A stretch of DNA of 64,000 bases, taken from assembly GCA_905215695.1 (NCBI GenBank), contig CAJMQN010000002.1, positions 262,610 to 326,609 of the forward strand, read 5' to 3'. Below are positions 24,440 to 33,609 of this stretch, one piece after another. The notes below the pieces were generated by a model. It saw only the letters and a list, made by a program, of their open reading frames with translations. It was not told where the DNA came from and ran no database searches. Position numbers and translations under genes: made by a program. The first letter of the stretch is position 1; every line of letters starts with the position of its first letter. The DNA comes from an uncultured bacterium. GTDB taxonomy: Bacteria > Bacillota > Clostridia > Christensenellales > HGM11417.

Positions 24440-26230
24440 TTATTCCACAGTAACGCTTTTCGCGAGGTTGCGCGGCTTGTCGGGGTCATTCCCCCTCGCG
24501 CGCGCCATATAGTAAGCAAAGAGCTGAAGGGGCACGATTTCGAGCACAGGCTCGAAGAGCTCGATACTCTCGGGCAATTTCAGGTAAAAATCCACACCCT
24601 CGCTTGCGATCACATCGTCATACTGCGTCAGCACGAACACCGTCGCCCCCCGCGCCTTGACTTCGTGCAGGGCGTTGAGCGTCTTTTTGGCGAGTTCCCG
24701 CTGCGTCATGAGAATGACGACGAGCGTGTCCTGCTCGATGAGCGCGAGCGTGCCGTGCTTGAGTTCCCCCGACGCGTAGCCCTCGCTGTGGATATAGGAA
24801 ATCTCCTTGAGCTTTAAAGACCCCTCCACCGCGACCGCGTAGTCGAGTCCCCTGCCGAGGAAGAACACGCTGTGCGATTTGGAGAACCGCCCCGCAAAGC
24901 TGACAATTTTTTCGTTGTTCACCCAAAGCCGATTGGCGAGCGCGGGGAGCTCTCGCATCGCGCGCTCCATTCCGCTCACGTCCGCATTCAGACGAACCTT
25001 TGCCATGAGCATGGCGAGTTTGTAGAAGGCGAGGAGCTGACAGTTGTAGCTCTTGGTTGCGGCGACGGCAACCTCCGTCCCCGCCTGAATGATGATAGAG
25101 AAGTCCGCAAAATTCGTTATGCTCGAGGCGCGGATATTGGTGACGACCGCGACGAACGCGCCCCGCTCCTTCGCGAGCTTGACCGCCGCAATGGTGTCCG
25201 CGGTCTCCCCGCTTTGGCTCACCGCCACGACGAGCGACCCCTTTTCCACAATGGGATTGCGGTAGCGGTACTCGCTCGCAATCTCCACATTGACGGGTAC
25301 GCGCGAAAGCTCTTCGATCGCGTATCTCCCCGCAAGCGCGGAATTGTACGCGGTACCGCACCCGATAAAGGTCACCGTCGGGGTCTCCCGCAGGACACGC
25401 TCAAATTCGGGCGTCAGCTCCAGGGTATCGAGATAGCGGACGGTGTTTTCGAGCGCGGCGGGAATTTCGTAAATTTCCTTGAGCATAAAGCTCTCGTAAT
25501 TGCCCTTGTCGAGAGAACCCGCCTTGATATCTACACACTCGTGCGCGCGTTCGACGGGCTTGCAGTCCGCGTCGTAAAATTCCGCGCCCGCCTCGGTGAC
25601 GAGCGCCATTTCGCCGTCCTTTAGGACATAGACGTCCTTTGTGTACTGCGAAATCGCGGGAATGTCGCTCGCAATATAGTTTTCGCCCTTTCCCCGCCCG
25701 ATGATGAGCGGATTGTCCTTTTTAAAGACCGCGATCACGCCCGGGCAGTCCTCGCACAGCGCCGCCACGGCGTAAGAGCCCTTGAGCATGCGCGCGGTGT
25801 CCCGCACCGCCTCGATAAAACTGCCGCGGTAATTCTTTTCAAGCAGATGAGCGATGACTTCGGTGTCCGTGTCCGAGGTAAAACGCGCGCCTTCGTTGAC
25901 GAGGTCCACCTTCAGTTCGAGGAAGTTTTCGATGATGCCGTTGTGCACCACCGTGAAGATTCCCGAGGTGTGCGGATGCGAATTTTTGTCCGAAGGCTTG
26001 CCGTGCGTCGCCCAGCGCGTGTGCCCGATTCCGGTAAAGCCCGCGAGATTCCCCACCTCGCCCTCGAGCCCCGCGACGCGCCCCTGTTTTTTGACGACCT
26101 CTACTCTGTTATCCGCGTTCATGACCGCGATTCCGACCGAATCGTAGCCGCGGTACTCCAATTTTTTCAGCCCGTCGATGAGAATGCTCACGCAGTCTCG
26201 TTCCCCGACGTAGCCCACAATTCCACACAT
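24440..26230 (-). CDS. glmS: Glutamine--fructose-6-phosphate aminotransferase
   Basis: 596 aa. Starts MCGIVGYVG (Ntn Cys), has two SIS domains and ends KSVTVE. Confidence 0.95.
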   Translation of the reverse strand: MCGIVGYVGERDCVSILIDGLKKLEYRGYDSVGIAVMNADNRVEVVKKQGRVAGLEGEVGNLAGFTGIGHTRWATHGKPSDKNSHPHTSGIFTVVHNGIIENFLELKVDLVNEGARFTSDTDTEVIAHLLEKNYRGSFIEAVRDTARMLKGSYAVAALCEDCPGVIAVFKKDNPLIIGRGKGENYIASDIPAISQYTKDVYVLKDGEMALVTEAGAEFYDADCKPVERAHECVDIKAGSLDKGNYESFMLKEIYEIPAALENTVRYLDTLELTPEFERVLRETPTVTFIGCGTAYNSALAGRYAIEELSRVPVNVEIASEYRYRNPIVEKGSLVVAVSQSGETADTIAAVKLAKERGAFVAVVTNIRASSITNFADFSIIIQAGTEVAVAATKSYNCQLLAFYKLAMLMAKVRLNADVSGMERAMRELPALANRLWVNNEKIVSFAGRFSKSHSVFFLGRGLDYAVAVEGSLKLKEISYIHSEGYASGELKHGTLALIEQDTLVVILMTQRELAKKTLNALHEVKARGATVFVLTQYDDVIASEGVDFYLKLPESIELFEPVLEIVPLQLFAYYMARARGNDPDKPRNLAKSVTVE

Positions 26231-26259
26231 AGTTGCCTCCCGAAGATTGTTGCGCCGCG

Positions 26260-27579
26260 TCAGGAAAGCTCGTCAAGCTCGCGGACAAACGCCGCCACGC
26301 GCTCCGCCGAGGATTTGGCAAGCGCACCGTCCTCGCTCTCGGCGAATACGCGGATGAGTTCCTCCGTACCCGAGGCGCGCAGGACGATTCTGCCCTTGCC
26401 GTGCAGTTTCATGCGTTCGTTCTCGAGAGCGTCGGCGAGTTGTTCGTTGTTCAAGATACGCAGTTTTTCCTTGACCCGCACGTTGATGTTGTGCTGCGGG
26501 AAGAGCTTGACCGCGTTGAGCTCGGAGAGCGTTTTTCCCTCCCGCTTGATGAGGTTCGCGACCTGAATCGAGGAGAGAATCCCGTCCCCCGTCGTCGAAT
26601 GGTGCTTTAAGATAATGTGTCCGGACTGTTCCCCGCCGATGACACAGTTCTCCTTCAGCATCATCTCGATGACGTATTTGTCCCCGATATCGCTCCGCAG
26701 AAGGGTGATTCCCGATTCCGCGAGCGCCTTCTGCACCCCCATGTTGGTGTGCGAAGTCCCCACGACCTTGTTTCCGCGCAAAAGTTTCTGCTTTTGCAGG
26801 GAGACGGAGAGCATATAGATGAGCATATCGCCGTCCACGAGGCTGCCCTTTTCGTCCACGGCGACCAACCGGTCGGCGTCCCCGTCGTAGGCAAATCCCG
26901 CGTCCGCATGGTGCTCCAAGACCGCAATCCGAAGTTTCTCGGGGTGCAGAGAGCCGCACTCGAGATTGATGTCGCAGCCCGAAGACCCGCAGGAGAGCGC
27001 GACGACGTCCGCGTTCAGCCGCCGGAACACCTCGGGCGCAATGCGGAACGCCGCGCCGTTGGAGCAGTCCAGAACGATTTTCATACCCGACAGATCGCCC
27101 GAGGAAGTCTCCGTGAGATAGTTCGCGTAATCCCAGCGCGCCTCGCTGTTGTAGATATATCTTCCGATCTCCCCGGGCGCCGCGTACTTGTGAAAACGCA
27201 TGAGATTTTCGATCTCGTTCTCGTCCTTTTCGGAGAGCTTGTAGCCGTTCTTGTCAAAGACCTTGATGCCGTTGTATTCGTTGGGATTGTGAGACGCGCT
27301 GATGACCACCCCGAAATCCGCGTTGAATTTGCGCGTCAGGTAGGCGACGCCCGCCGTCGGAACGATTCCGAGGTCGATGACCGTCGCGCCCCCCGAGGTC
27401 GCGCCGCCCGCAAGGCTCAAAGAGAGCATATCCCCCGAGCTCCGCGTGTCCCGCCCTACGACGACGACCGCTTTGCTCTTGAGAGAGGAGAGCGCGTTTC
27501 CGCAGTGCATGGCGATTTCGGGCGTGAGCCCCTCGTTGGCGATTCCTCTGATTCCGTCCGTACCGAACAATCTGCTCAT
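26260..27579 (-). CDS. glmM: Phosphoglucosamine mutase
   Basis: 439 aa. FGTDGIRG at the N-terminus and active-site SASHNP. Confidence 0.9.
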   Translation of the reverse strand: MSRLFGTDGIRGIANEGLTPEIAMHCGNALSSLKSKAVVVVGRDTRSSGDMLSLSLAGGATSGGATVIDLGIVPTAGVAYLTRKFNADFGVVISASHNPNEYNGIKVFDKNGYKLSEKDENEIENLMRFHKYAAPGEIGRYIYNSEARWDYANYLTETSSGDLSGMKIVLDCSNGAAFRIAPEVFRRLNADVVALSCGSSGCDINLECGSLHPEKLRIAVLEHHADAGFAYDGDADRLVAVDEKGSLVDGDMLIYMLSVSLQKQKLLRGNKVVGTSHTNMGVQKALAESGITLLRSDIGDKYVIEMMLKENCVIGGEQSGHIILKHHSTTGDGILSSIQVANLIKREGKTLSELNAVKLFPQHNINVRVKEKLRILNNEQLADALENERMKLHGKGRIVLRASGTEELIRVFAESEDGALAKSSAERVAAFVRELDELS

Positions 27580-28277
27580 TTCTGTCCCTCCGAACGTCGG
27601 TATTTCCCTTCAATGTTCAATTTTTGCTGCCGAACCCGTCCGATCATGAAACTGTCGGGCTCTACATCCTTCGTGAGCGTCGTCCCCGCCGCGATGTAGC
27701 TGCGGTCGCCCACCTTCACGGGCGCAACCACGTTGCAGTTGCTCCCCAAAAAGCACTCGTCGCCCACGACGGAAACGGACTTCTTCTCCCCGTCGTAGTT
27801 GGCAAACACCACGCCGCAGCCGACGTTGCAGTTCTTTCCGAGCTCCGCGTCCCCGACATAGGTCAGGTGCGAGACCTTGGTTCCCTCTCCGAGTTTGGCG
27901 TTTTTGAGCTCGACAAAATCCCCGACCCGGCAGTTGTCCCCCGCCTCTGCGCCCGGACGAAGATAGGCAAAGGGTCCGACCTTGGTGTTTTTTCCCACCT
28001 TCGCCGAGACCAGAACGCTAGCGAGAACGGTCGCCTTTTCTCCGACCTCGCTGTCCGTAATGATGTTGTTTTCTCCGATGACCGCGCCCGTCGCAATCCT
28101 CGTATTCCCGCGCAGAAAATTGTTCGCGCCGATGACCGCGCCCGAGGCAATTTCTACGCTTTCGTCTATATGTACGGACGATACGTCCGAAAAAATAACT
28201 CCGTTATCAAGGTGTCTCTGTAGGACGGAGAGCCGCGCCTCCTCCTGTTCGCGCATGAGTTCTCTGATATTTTTCAA
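27576..28277 (-). CDS. Left-handed beta-helix acetyltransferase equal to the GlmU C-terminal domain only
   Basis: 233 aa. Hexapeptide repeats and the GlmU-like C-terminal region (HLTYVGDAELGKNCNVGCGVVFANYDG). No nucleotidyltransferase domain. A divergent promoter region lies directly upstream. Confidence 0.7.
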   Translation of the reverse strand: MKNIRELMREQEEARLSVLQRHLDNGVIFSDVSSVHIDESVEIASGAVIGANNFLRGNTRIATGAVIGENNIITDSEVGEKATVLASVLVSAKVGKNTKVGPFAYLRPGAEAGDNCRVGDFVELKNAKLGEGTKVSHLTYVGDAELGKNCNVGCGVVFANYDGEKKSVSVVGDECFLGSNCNVVAPVKVGDRSYIAAGTTLTKDVEPDSFMIGRVRQQKLNIEGKYRRSEGQK

Positions 28278-28373
28278 AGACCTTTGCTCCTTATTTTATT
28301 TTCAATATACCATAATAGTATATCATAACCAAAAAGATATGTACAGTTTTTCGGCGTGATATTTTTCGGACGC

Positions 28374-28402
28374 TTGCTCAATATACTATAATATGCTATA
28401 AT
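28374..28402 (+). promoter_or_regulatory. Sigma70-like promoter of uppP
   Basis: TTGCTC (28374-28379), 17-nt spacer, TATAAT (28397-28402). Confidence 0.5.
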
Positions 28403-28437
28403 GGAAAAAGTTGCGACCGCAGCTTTCAAGGAGTATT

Positions 28438-29214
28438 ATGATAGAGATTTTAAAGACAATCGCGCTCGGTATCGTGCAGGGACTTACGGAGTTTCTTCCT
28501 GTCTCTTCGAGCGGACACCTCGCCGTTCTGCGCGTGGTGCTCGGCATGGAAGAAGACCTTTTCACGGATGTCATGCTCCATTTCGGCACGCTCATCGCCG
28601 TCGTCGTGTTCTATTTCCGCGAGCTCATCGGACTCTTCCGCAAAGAGAATCACCGCACGCTCCTGCATCTCGTGATTGCGACCATTCCCGCCGTCGTCGT
28701 CATGGCGGTTTTGAAATTTGTCCTGAAAATGGAAGATTTTTCCGCGAAATTCGTCTGTTTCGGCTTTCTCGCGACGGGAATTATCCTGCTCCTGACCGAA
28801 TTTATCGGCAAAAAAGTCACCGAACCCAAACCCTTGAACGGCAAATCCGCGCTCATCATGGGACTTGCGCAGGCGGTCGCCGTCATTCCCGGGCTGTCCC
28901 GGAGCGGCTCCACCATCGCCGCGGGCGTTCTCTCGGGCACTGACCGAAAAGAGGTCACCAAATTTTCCTTTTTCATGAGCGTGCCCATCATCGCGGGTTC
29001 CGCGCTCGTCTCGGTACTTGGTTTGCTCACTTCGGAGGGCGGAACGACGGACGTCAATATTCTCGCCACCCTTTGCGGCATGGCGGCGGCGGCGGTGTGC
29101 GGATTCTTCGCCATCAAGGTGATGATCCGGCTCATCGGAAAATGCAATTTCAAATGGTTCAGTCTCTATCTCTTCGTGCTCTCCGTCGTCACTTTCATCA
29201 CGCTCTTTTTATAA
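28438..29214 (+). CDS. uppP: Undecaprenyl-diphosphate phosphatase
   Basis: Start set at MIEILKTIALG (AAGGAG upstream). Signature GLTEFLPVSSSGHL and PGLSRSG. Confidence 0.9.
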   Translation: MIEILKTIALGIVQGLTEFLPVSSSGHLAVLRVVLGMEEDLFTDVMLHFGTLIAVVVFYFRELIGLFRKENHRTLLHLVIATIPAVVVMAVLKFVLKMEDFSAKFVCFGFLATGIILLLTEFIGKKVTEPKPLNGKSALIMGLAQAVAVIPGLSRSGSTIAAGVLSGTDRKEVTKFSFFMSVPIIAGSALVSVLGLLTSEGGTTDVNILATLCGMAAAAVCGFFAIKVMIRLIGKCNFKWFSLYLFVLSVVTFITLFL

Positions 29215-29255
29215 TACCGGTTGACAAATCCCCTGTATTGCCCTAAAATAGAAAT

Positions 29256-29927
29256 ATGATAAACATAGGAAACGATTGGGACGAGATTTTAAAGGACGTA
29301 TTCGACTCCGAAATCTACGCCGGAGTGCGGGAATTTCTCAAAGAGGAATACCGCCGCTACCGGGTCTATCCCTCGATGTATGACATCTTCAACAGCCTCA
29401 AACACACGCCGTATGCGGCGGTGAAAGCGGTGCTTTTGGGACAGGATCCCTACCACGGTCCCGGACAGGCGCACGGCATGTGCTTTTCGGTCAAGGAAGG
29501 GGTGCCGCCCCCGCCCTCGCTCGTAAATATCTACAGGGAACTGCACGACGACCTCGGGCTTCCCGTCCCCCAAAGCGGAAACCTGACCAAGTGGGCGGAT
29601 CAGGGCGTTCTGCTTTTGAACACCTCTCTGACGGTTCGGGAACACTGCCCGAATTCGCACAAGGACTGCGGTTGGACTTGGGTGACCGACCGCATCATCG
29701 AAAAAATCGACCAAAAGGATTCCCCGGTTGTCTTTCTGCTGTGGGGAAGCAATGCGCGGAGCAAAAAATTGCTCGTCAAAAATCCAAAGCACCTCATTTT
29801 GGAGTGCGCGCACCCGAGCCCATTTTCCGCGAGCGGTTTTTTCGGCTGCCGGCACTTTTCAAAGACCAATGCGTTCCTCGAACGGAACGGACTGTCCCCC
29901 ATCGATTGGGATTTGACAACTCCATAA
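29256..29927 (+). CDS. ung: Uracil-DNA glycosylase
   Basis: 223 aa. Active-site motif VLLGQDPYHGPGQAHGMCFSV. Confidence 0.9.
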   Translation: MINIGNDWDEILKDVFDSEIYAGVREFLKEEYRRYRVYPSMYDIFNSLKHTPYAAVKAVLLGQDPYHGPGQAHGMCFSVKEGVPPPPSLVNIYRELHDDLGLPVPQSGNLTKWADQGVLLLNTSLTVREHCPNSHKDCGWTWVTDRIIEKIDQKDSPVVFLLWGSNARSKKLLVKNPKHLILECAHPSPFSASGFFGCRHFSKTNAFLERNGLSPIDWDLTTP

Positions 29928-29936
29928 AAAAAGGAA

Positions 29937-29966
29937 AAACAGGCTTTTCAGAGCCTGTTTTTTTTG
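29937..29966. terminator. Bidirectional terminator between ung and the SHOCT gene
   Basis: aaacaggct (29937-29945) pairs with agcctgttt (29952-29960), followed by a T-run. Confidence 0.65.
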
Positions 29967-30539
29967 TTAGCTTTTTCCCAAAAGTTCGGCTTTGAGGAGC
30001 GCGAGTTCCTCTTCGGTAATCGCACCTGCCGCACGGAGCGCGTTCAGTCGCTCCAATTTCTGTACTTTGTCCTCCCATGCGGGAACGCTCGGCGCATTCG
30101 GCTTCAGAGGTTCGGAAAGCACAGGCTCGTTCTTTGCCTGCACGAAGGCGAGATAGCCGAAGACCGTCGAGACAATCTGCGCCAGCGCAAGCAGAGAGGG
30201 ATACCCGTAAACTGCGGCGGACAGAATCAGACCGAGCAGAGAAAACAGAGTCTTTGTCACCGAAACGCCGAGAATCGTCCCGGATTCCGCGCGGAACGCT
30301 CCGCCGCGCTTTTCGCCCATAGCGAGCTGACGGATGCCGAACGCGAGCAGCGCGCCCCCTTCCCCGCCCCAGAACAGGAAAGAAAGGAAAGCGTCCCCTC
30401 CCCTGTCGTAGGGCGAAACGAACAGGATGATAAACAGAATCAGTCCCACAATCAGACACATCGCGCCGACCACGATGTCGAGCACCGCCGACGCCGTCAA
30501 AAACCCCCGTTTTGCTTTCATACCTCTTTCCCTCCGCAA
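29967..30539 (-). CDS. Membrane protein with C-terminal SHOCT domain
   Basis: 190 aa. Four hydrophobic segments, then LERLNALRAAGAITEEELALLKAELL (SHOCT-like). Confidence 0.6.
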   Translation of the reverse strand: MRRERGMKAKRGFLTASAVLDIVVGAMCLIVGLILFIILFVSPYDRGGDAFLSFLFWGGEGGALLAFGIRQLAMGEKRGGAFRAESGTILGVSVTKTLFSLLGLILSAAVYGYPSLLALAQIVSTVFGYLAFVQAKNEPVLSEPLKPNAPSVPAWEDKVQKLERLNALRAAGAITEEELALLKAELLGKS

Positions 30540-31175
30540 CGCAAAATTTCTTCCTTTAGGCGCATAAACTCCTCATCGGAGATTTCGCCGCGCAATCGCA
30601 TTCCGTTCCATTCCTCAATCCGCCCCAACTTCCCCGAATCCGGGAGATTTCCCCGGATAGGGATTTGGGAAAGTTTCCGCCCGATACGGATTTCGGAGAA
30701 ATTCCTTTTTCGGAATTTTCCTCCGCTCGGCAAAGGCGGCGAATCCGAATCCCGCGCTCACCGCCAACAACAGGACGGGAAGGAGCATCCACAAAATCTC
30801 GGGCGTCTGAACGCAATGGACGGCGAGCGGAAGTCCGCTTGTAAGAAAAAAATAAGCTTTGACAATTGAAAGGACGAGTACCGCGTTCAGCTTACTGCGG
30901 TAGTCGAGCCCGTCCTTTTTTCGGGAACGGAGCTGCACTGCGCCGAACACAACGGCGATTCCGCCGAAAAACACAAGAACCAAGACTCCCAGTGCCGCAA
31001 CAAAATTCCCGAGACTCCGCCATGCGGCTTCCTGTTCCCCATCCGGCGGCGGCAGAAACCGCAAGACCGCGCACAGGGCGACCGCGCCCGCAAGAATCAC
31101 GATTCCGAGGACCAAATCGAGAACGCCCGTAACCGTCAAATACTCCTTTTTGACCCGTTCCGACATATCCCCCAT
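30518..31175 (-). pseudogene. Paralogous SHOCT membrane protein, apparently frameshifted
   Basis: The TM part is in ORF 30615-31277. The SHOCT-like end (RLRGEISDEEFMRLKEEIL) is in a different frame (ORF 30518-30733). The frames overlap around a T5 run at 30706-30710. Confidence 0.4.
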
Positions 31176-31263
31176 TCCCCCTTTTACCCTTATAACAACC
31201 GGACGCGCGGTTTTGTCCCGCGAAACGATAAAAAAATCCGAAGGAAAATTCCTTCGGATTCTC

Positions 31264-32028
31264 TCATACTTTTTCATTCAATTTGTGAATAAACTCCCGG
31301 GTGCGTTCGTTCTCGGGACGATCGAACACCTGCTCAGGCGTACCGTATTCCGCTATTTCGCCGTTGTCGAGAAAGAGCACTTTATCCGCGACGCTCCGCG
31401 CAAAATTCATTTCGTGCGTCACGACAATCATGGTCGAATCCGTACTCTTCAAGCCCCGAATTACCTTCAGGACCTCCCCGGTCAGTTCGGGGTCGAGCGC
31501 GCTCGTGGGCTCGTCGAAACAGAGAATATCCGGACGCATGGCGAGCGCCCTTGCGATTGCGACGCGCTGCTGCTGTCCGCCCGAGAGCTGATAGGGATAG
31601 CTATCCGCTTTTTCGGAGAGCCCCACCCGCTCGAGCAAACCGCGCGCAAGCGTCTCCGCCTCCGCTTTCCCGAGCCCATCTACAAGGGTGGGCGCAAGCG
31701 TCAGATTTTGCAGGACGGAGAGATGCGGAAACAGATTGAATTGCTGAAATACGAGCCCGAAGTGCAAAGCCTTTTTTCGGGACTCTTCATCCTTGCCGTA
31801 CACGGATTTCCCCTCCGCGTCAACGGAGATCAGTGTCTCTTCCCCGAGCGTCACGCTCCCGCGGTCCGCCTTTTCCAAAAAGTTCAGACACCGCAAAAGC
31901 GTGCTCTTTCCGCTCCCCGACGGTCCGATAATGGCGAGCACTTCCCCTTTTTCAAGGGAAAAGCTCACATTTTTGACGACCTCAAGTTTACCAAACCCCT
32001 TCGAAATCCCCTTAATTTCTAAAAACAT
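31264..32028 (-). CDS. Amino-acid ABC transporter ATP-binding protein
   Basis: 254 aa. Walker A GPSGSGKST, signature LSGGQQQRVAIARAL. GlnQ/HisP-like. Confidence 0.85.
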   Translation of the reverse strand: MFLEIKGISKGFGKLEVVKNVSFSLEKGEVLAIIGPSGSGKSTLLRCLNFLEKADRGSVTLGEETLISVDAEGKSVYGKDEESRKKALHFGLVFQQFNLFPHLSVLQNLTLAPTLVDGLGKAEAETLARGLLERVGLSEKADSYPYQLSGGQQQRVAIARALAMRPDILCFDEPTSALDPELTGEVLKVIRGLKSTDSTMIVVTHEMNFARSVADKVLFLDNGEIAEYGTPEQVFDRPENERTREFIHKLNEKV

Positions 32029-32038
32029 CGCGCACCTC

Positions 32039-32683
32039 CTAACGGTAATAACTCATTTTGCGCTCGGCATAGCCGAACAAAAGCGTGAGTATCCCGTTAA
32101 AGAGCAGATAGAAAACACCTGTCGCAAGAAGAGGCCAGATGATTCCGTACTGCGCAAGAAAACTCTCTCCACTCATGATAATTTCTCCGAAGGAAATGAC
32201 ACGAGCAAGCGACGTATCCTTGACAAGGGTAATGATTTCATTCGACATGGGCGGAACAATGCGTTTGACGACCTGCGGCAGAACAATCTTCCCAAAAGTT
32301 TGCGCTTTTGTCAGTCCCAGTACCTGCGCCGCCTCGTACTGTCCCACGGAAACGCTCTGAATTCCGCCGCGGTATATTTCAGAAAAATAGCAGGCGTAAT
32401 TAATGACAAAGGCAATACTTACCGCAAACAGGCGAGACTGCATCGGCGTCTGAAAGACGATCCCGGGAACATAAAAGACAATGATGACCTGTAACATCAG
32501 CGGCGTTCCCCGAATAATCCAGATAAAGACCCGGACGACGTATCGTACGGGTCGGAATCTGGTCATTGATCCAAATGAAATAAGGAGTCCGAGCGGCAGA
32601 GCACACACCAGTGTAATGAAGAAAAGAAGAAGCGTATTTCCAAAACCGTTTAAAAGACTCAACAGGACTTCGCCGAAACTCAT
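32039..32683 (-). CDS. Amino-acid ABC transporter permease (HisMQ family)
   Basis: 214 aa polytopic protein. The EAA-like loop is EAAQVLGLTKAQTFGKIVLPQ. Confidence 0.85.
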   Translation of the reverse strand: MSFGEVLLSLLNGFGNTLLLFFITLVCALPLGLLISFGSMTRFRPVRYVVRVFIWIIRGTPLMLQVIIVFYVPGIVFQTPMQSRLFAVSIAFVINYACYFSEIYRGGIQSVSVGQYEAAQVLGLTKAQTFGKIVLPQVVKRIVPPMSNEIITLVKDTSLARVISFGEIIMSGESFLAQYGIIWPLLATGVFYLLFNGILTLLFGYAERKMSYYR

Positions 32684-33492
32684 GCCGCTTCTTCACCCCA
32701 AATGAGAACGTCCGCAAGACCGTACTTCTCTGCGAGTTTGAGAAGATCGCCCGATTCTTTCAGTTCGTTGATTGCCCCCGTAATCTTTGCCATCGTCTCG
32801 GTCGCTCCCTTGCGTACGCCGATCCCGAATACTTCCATGTCGAATTGAATGGATTCTGCAATTTCAAGCGAATCTTTGTAACCGTTGGATTCAATACTGC
32901 AATAATAGTCAAACTGCAGACGATCCATGATTCCGCAATCCGAAGTTCCCGATTTGACTTCGTTCATGACCATCGACATTGGGTTCACTTCGATTTTATT
33001 CACGTTGATACCGAGCGCGTCAAGAGTTTTCTCGCCGGCGGAACCGTTCTCAACCGCAACTTTCTTCCCCGTGAGGGATGCCTTTTCGGAAAAATCCGCT
33101 GATTTTCCCTTGGGAACGACAACGACCTGCTGATTTTCAATATAGGGATCGCTGATATCAATCACTTTCTTGAGGTCGTCCGAAATCGTCATCGCGTTCC
33201 AAATGACGTCGATAGTCAATCCGTTCAGTTCCGCGACCTTATTGTTCCAGTCCTGAATGATCTGAAACTTCGCCTTGACGCCCAGCTTCTCGGCGACCAT
33301 TTTCGCAAGTTCGATATCGAATCCGCCCGCAGCGTCGGTTTCGGCAAAAGGCATATAGACGGTATAACCGATGATCATCTCGCCTTTTTCCGCTATGTAA
33401 TCCCAATCTTTCACTTCTTTGTTACATCCGGCAAACGACAACGTCAAACCAAGCGCGAGCGCCGCGCAAACAATCTTTTTCCAAAACTTCAC
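32680..33492 (-). CDS. Amino-acid ABC transporter substrate-binding lipoprotein
   Basis: Start tentatively moved to the GTG at 33492, giving VKFWKKIVCAALALGLTLSFAGC (lipobox). SBP_bac_3-like body. The start is uncertain. Confidence 0.75.
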   Translation of the reverse strand: MKFWKKIVCAALALGLTLSFAGCNKEVKDWDYIAEKGEMIIGYTVYMPFAETDAAGGFDIELAKMVAEKLGVKAKFQIIQDWNNKVAELNGLTIDVIWNAMTISDDLKKVIDISDPYIENQQVVVVPKGKSADFSEKASLTGKKVAVENGSAGEKTLDALGINVNKIEVNPMSMVMNEVKSGTSDCGIMDRLQFDYYCSIESNGYKDSLEIAESIQFDMEVFGIGVRKGATETMAKITGAINELKESGDLLKLAEKYGLADVLIWGEEAA

Positions 33493-33571
33493 GATTCCGT
33501 ACCGTCCTTTTTTGATGTCCCCATTATAGCATAACGATTTAGCAAAGTAAAGCGATAAATCAACAAAACCC

Positions 33572-33601
33572 AAAAAAAAAGCCGCGTGTTTGGGCGCGGC
33601 T
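33572..33601 (-). terminator. Rho-independent terminator after the MacB-like gene
   Basis: The minus strand reads agccgcg-cccaaaca-cgcggct followed by nine T. Confidence 0.7.
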
Positions 33602-33609
33602 GTTGCAAT

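Noticed and set aside
19952-24453. Plus-strand ORFs 19952-21199 (415 aa) and 22810-24453 (547 aa)
   Set aside because: They are antisense to the GH37-like/MutY genes and the Wzz/Wzy-like genes. Composition is low-complexity Arg/Pro/Glu/His, with no RBS.
26231-26259. glmS ribozyme upstream of glmS
   Set aside because: Only about 29 nt separate glmM and glmS. The operon leader at 28278-28410 is AT-rich promoter sequence with no similarity to the ribozyme core as far as I can tell by eye.
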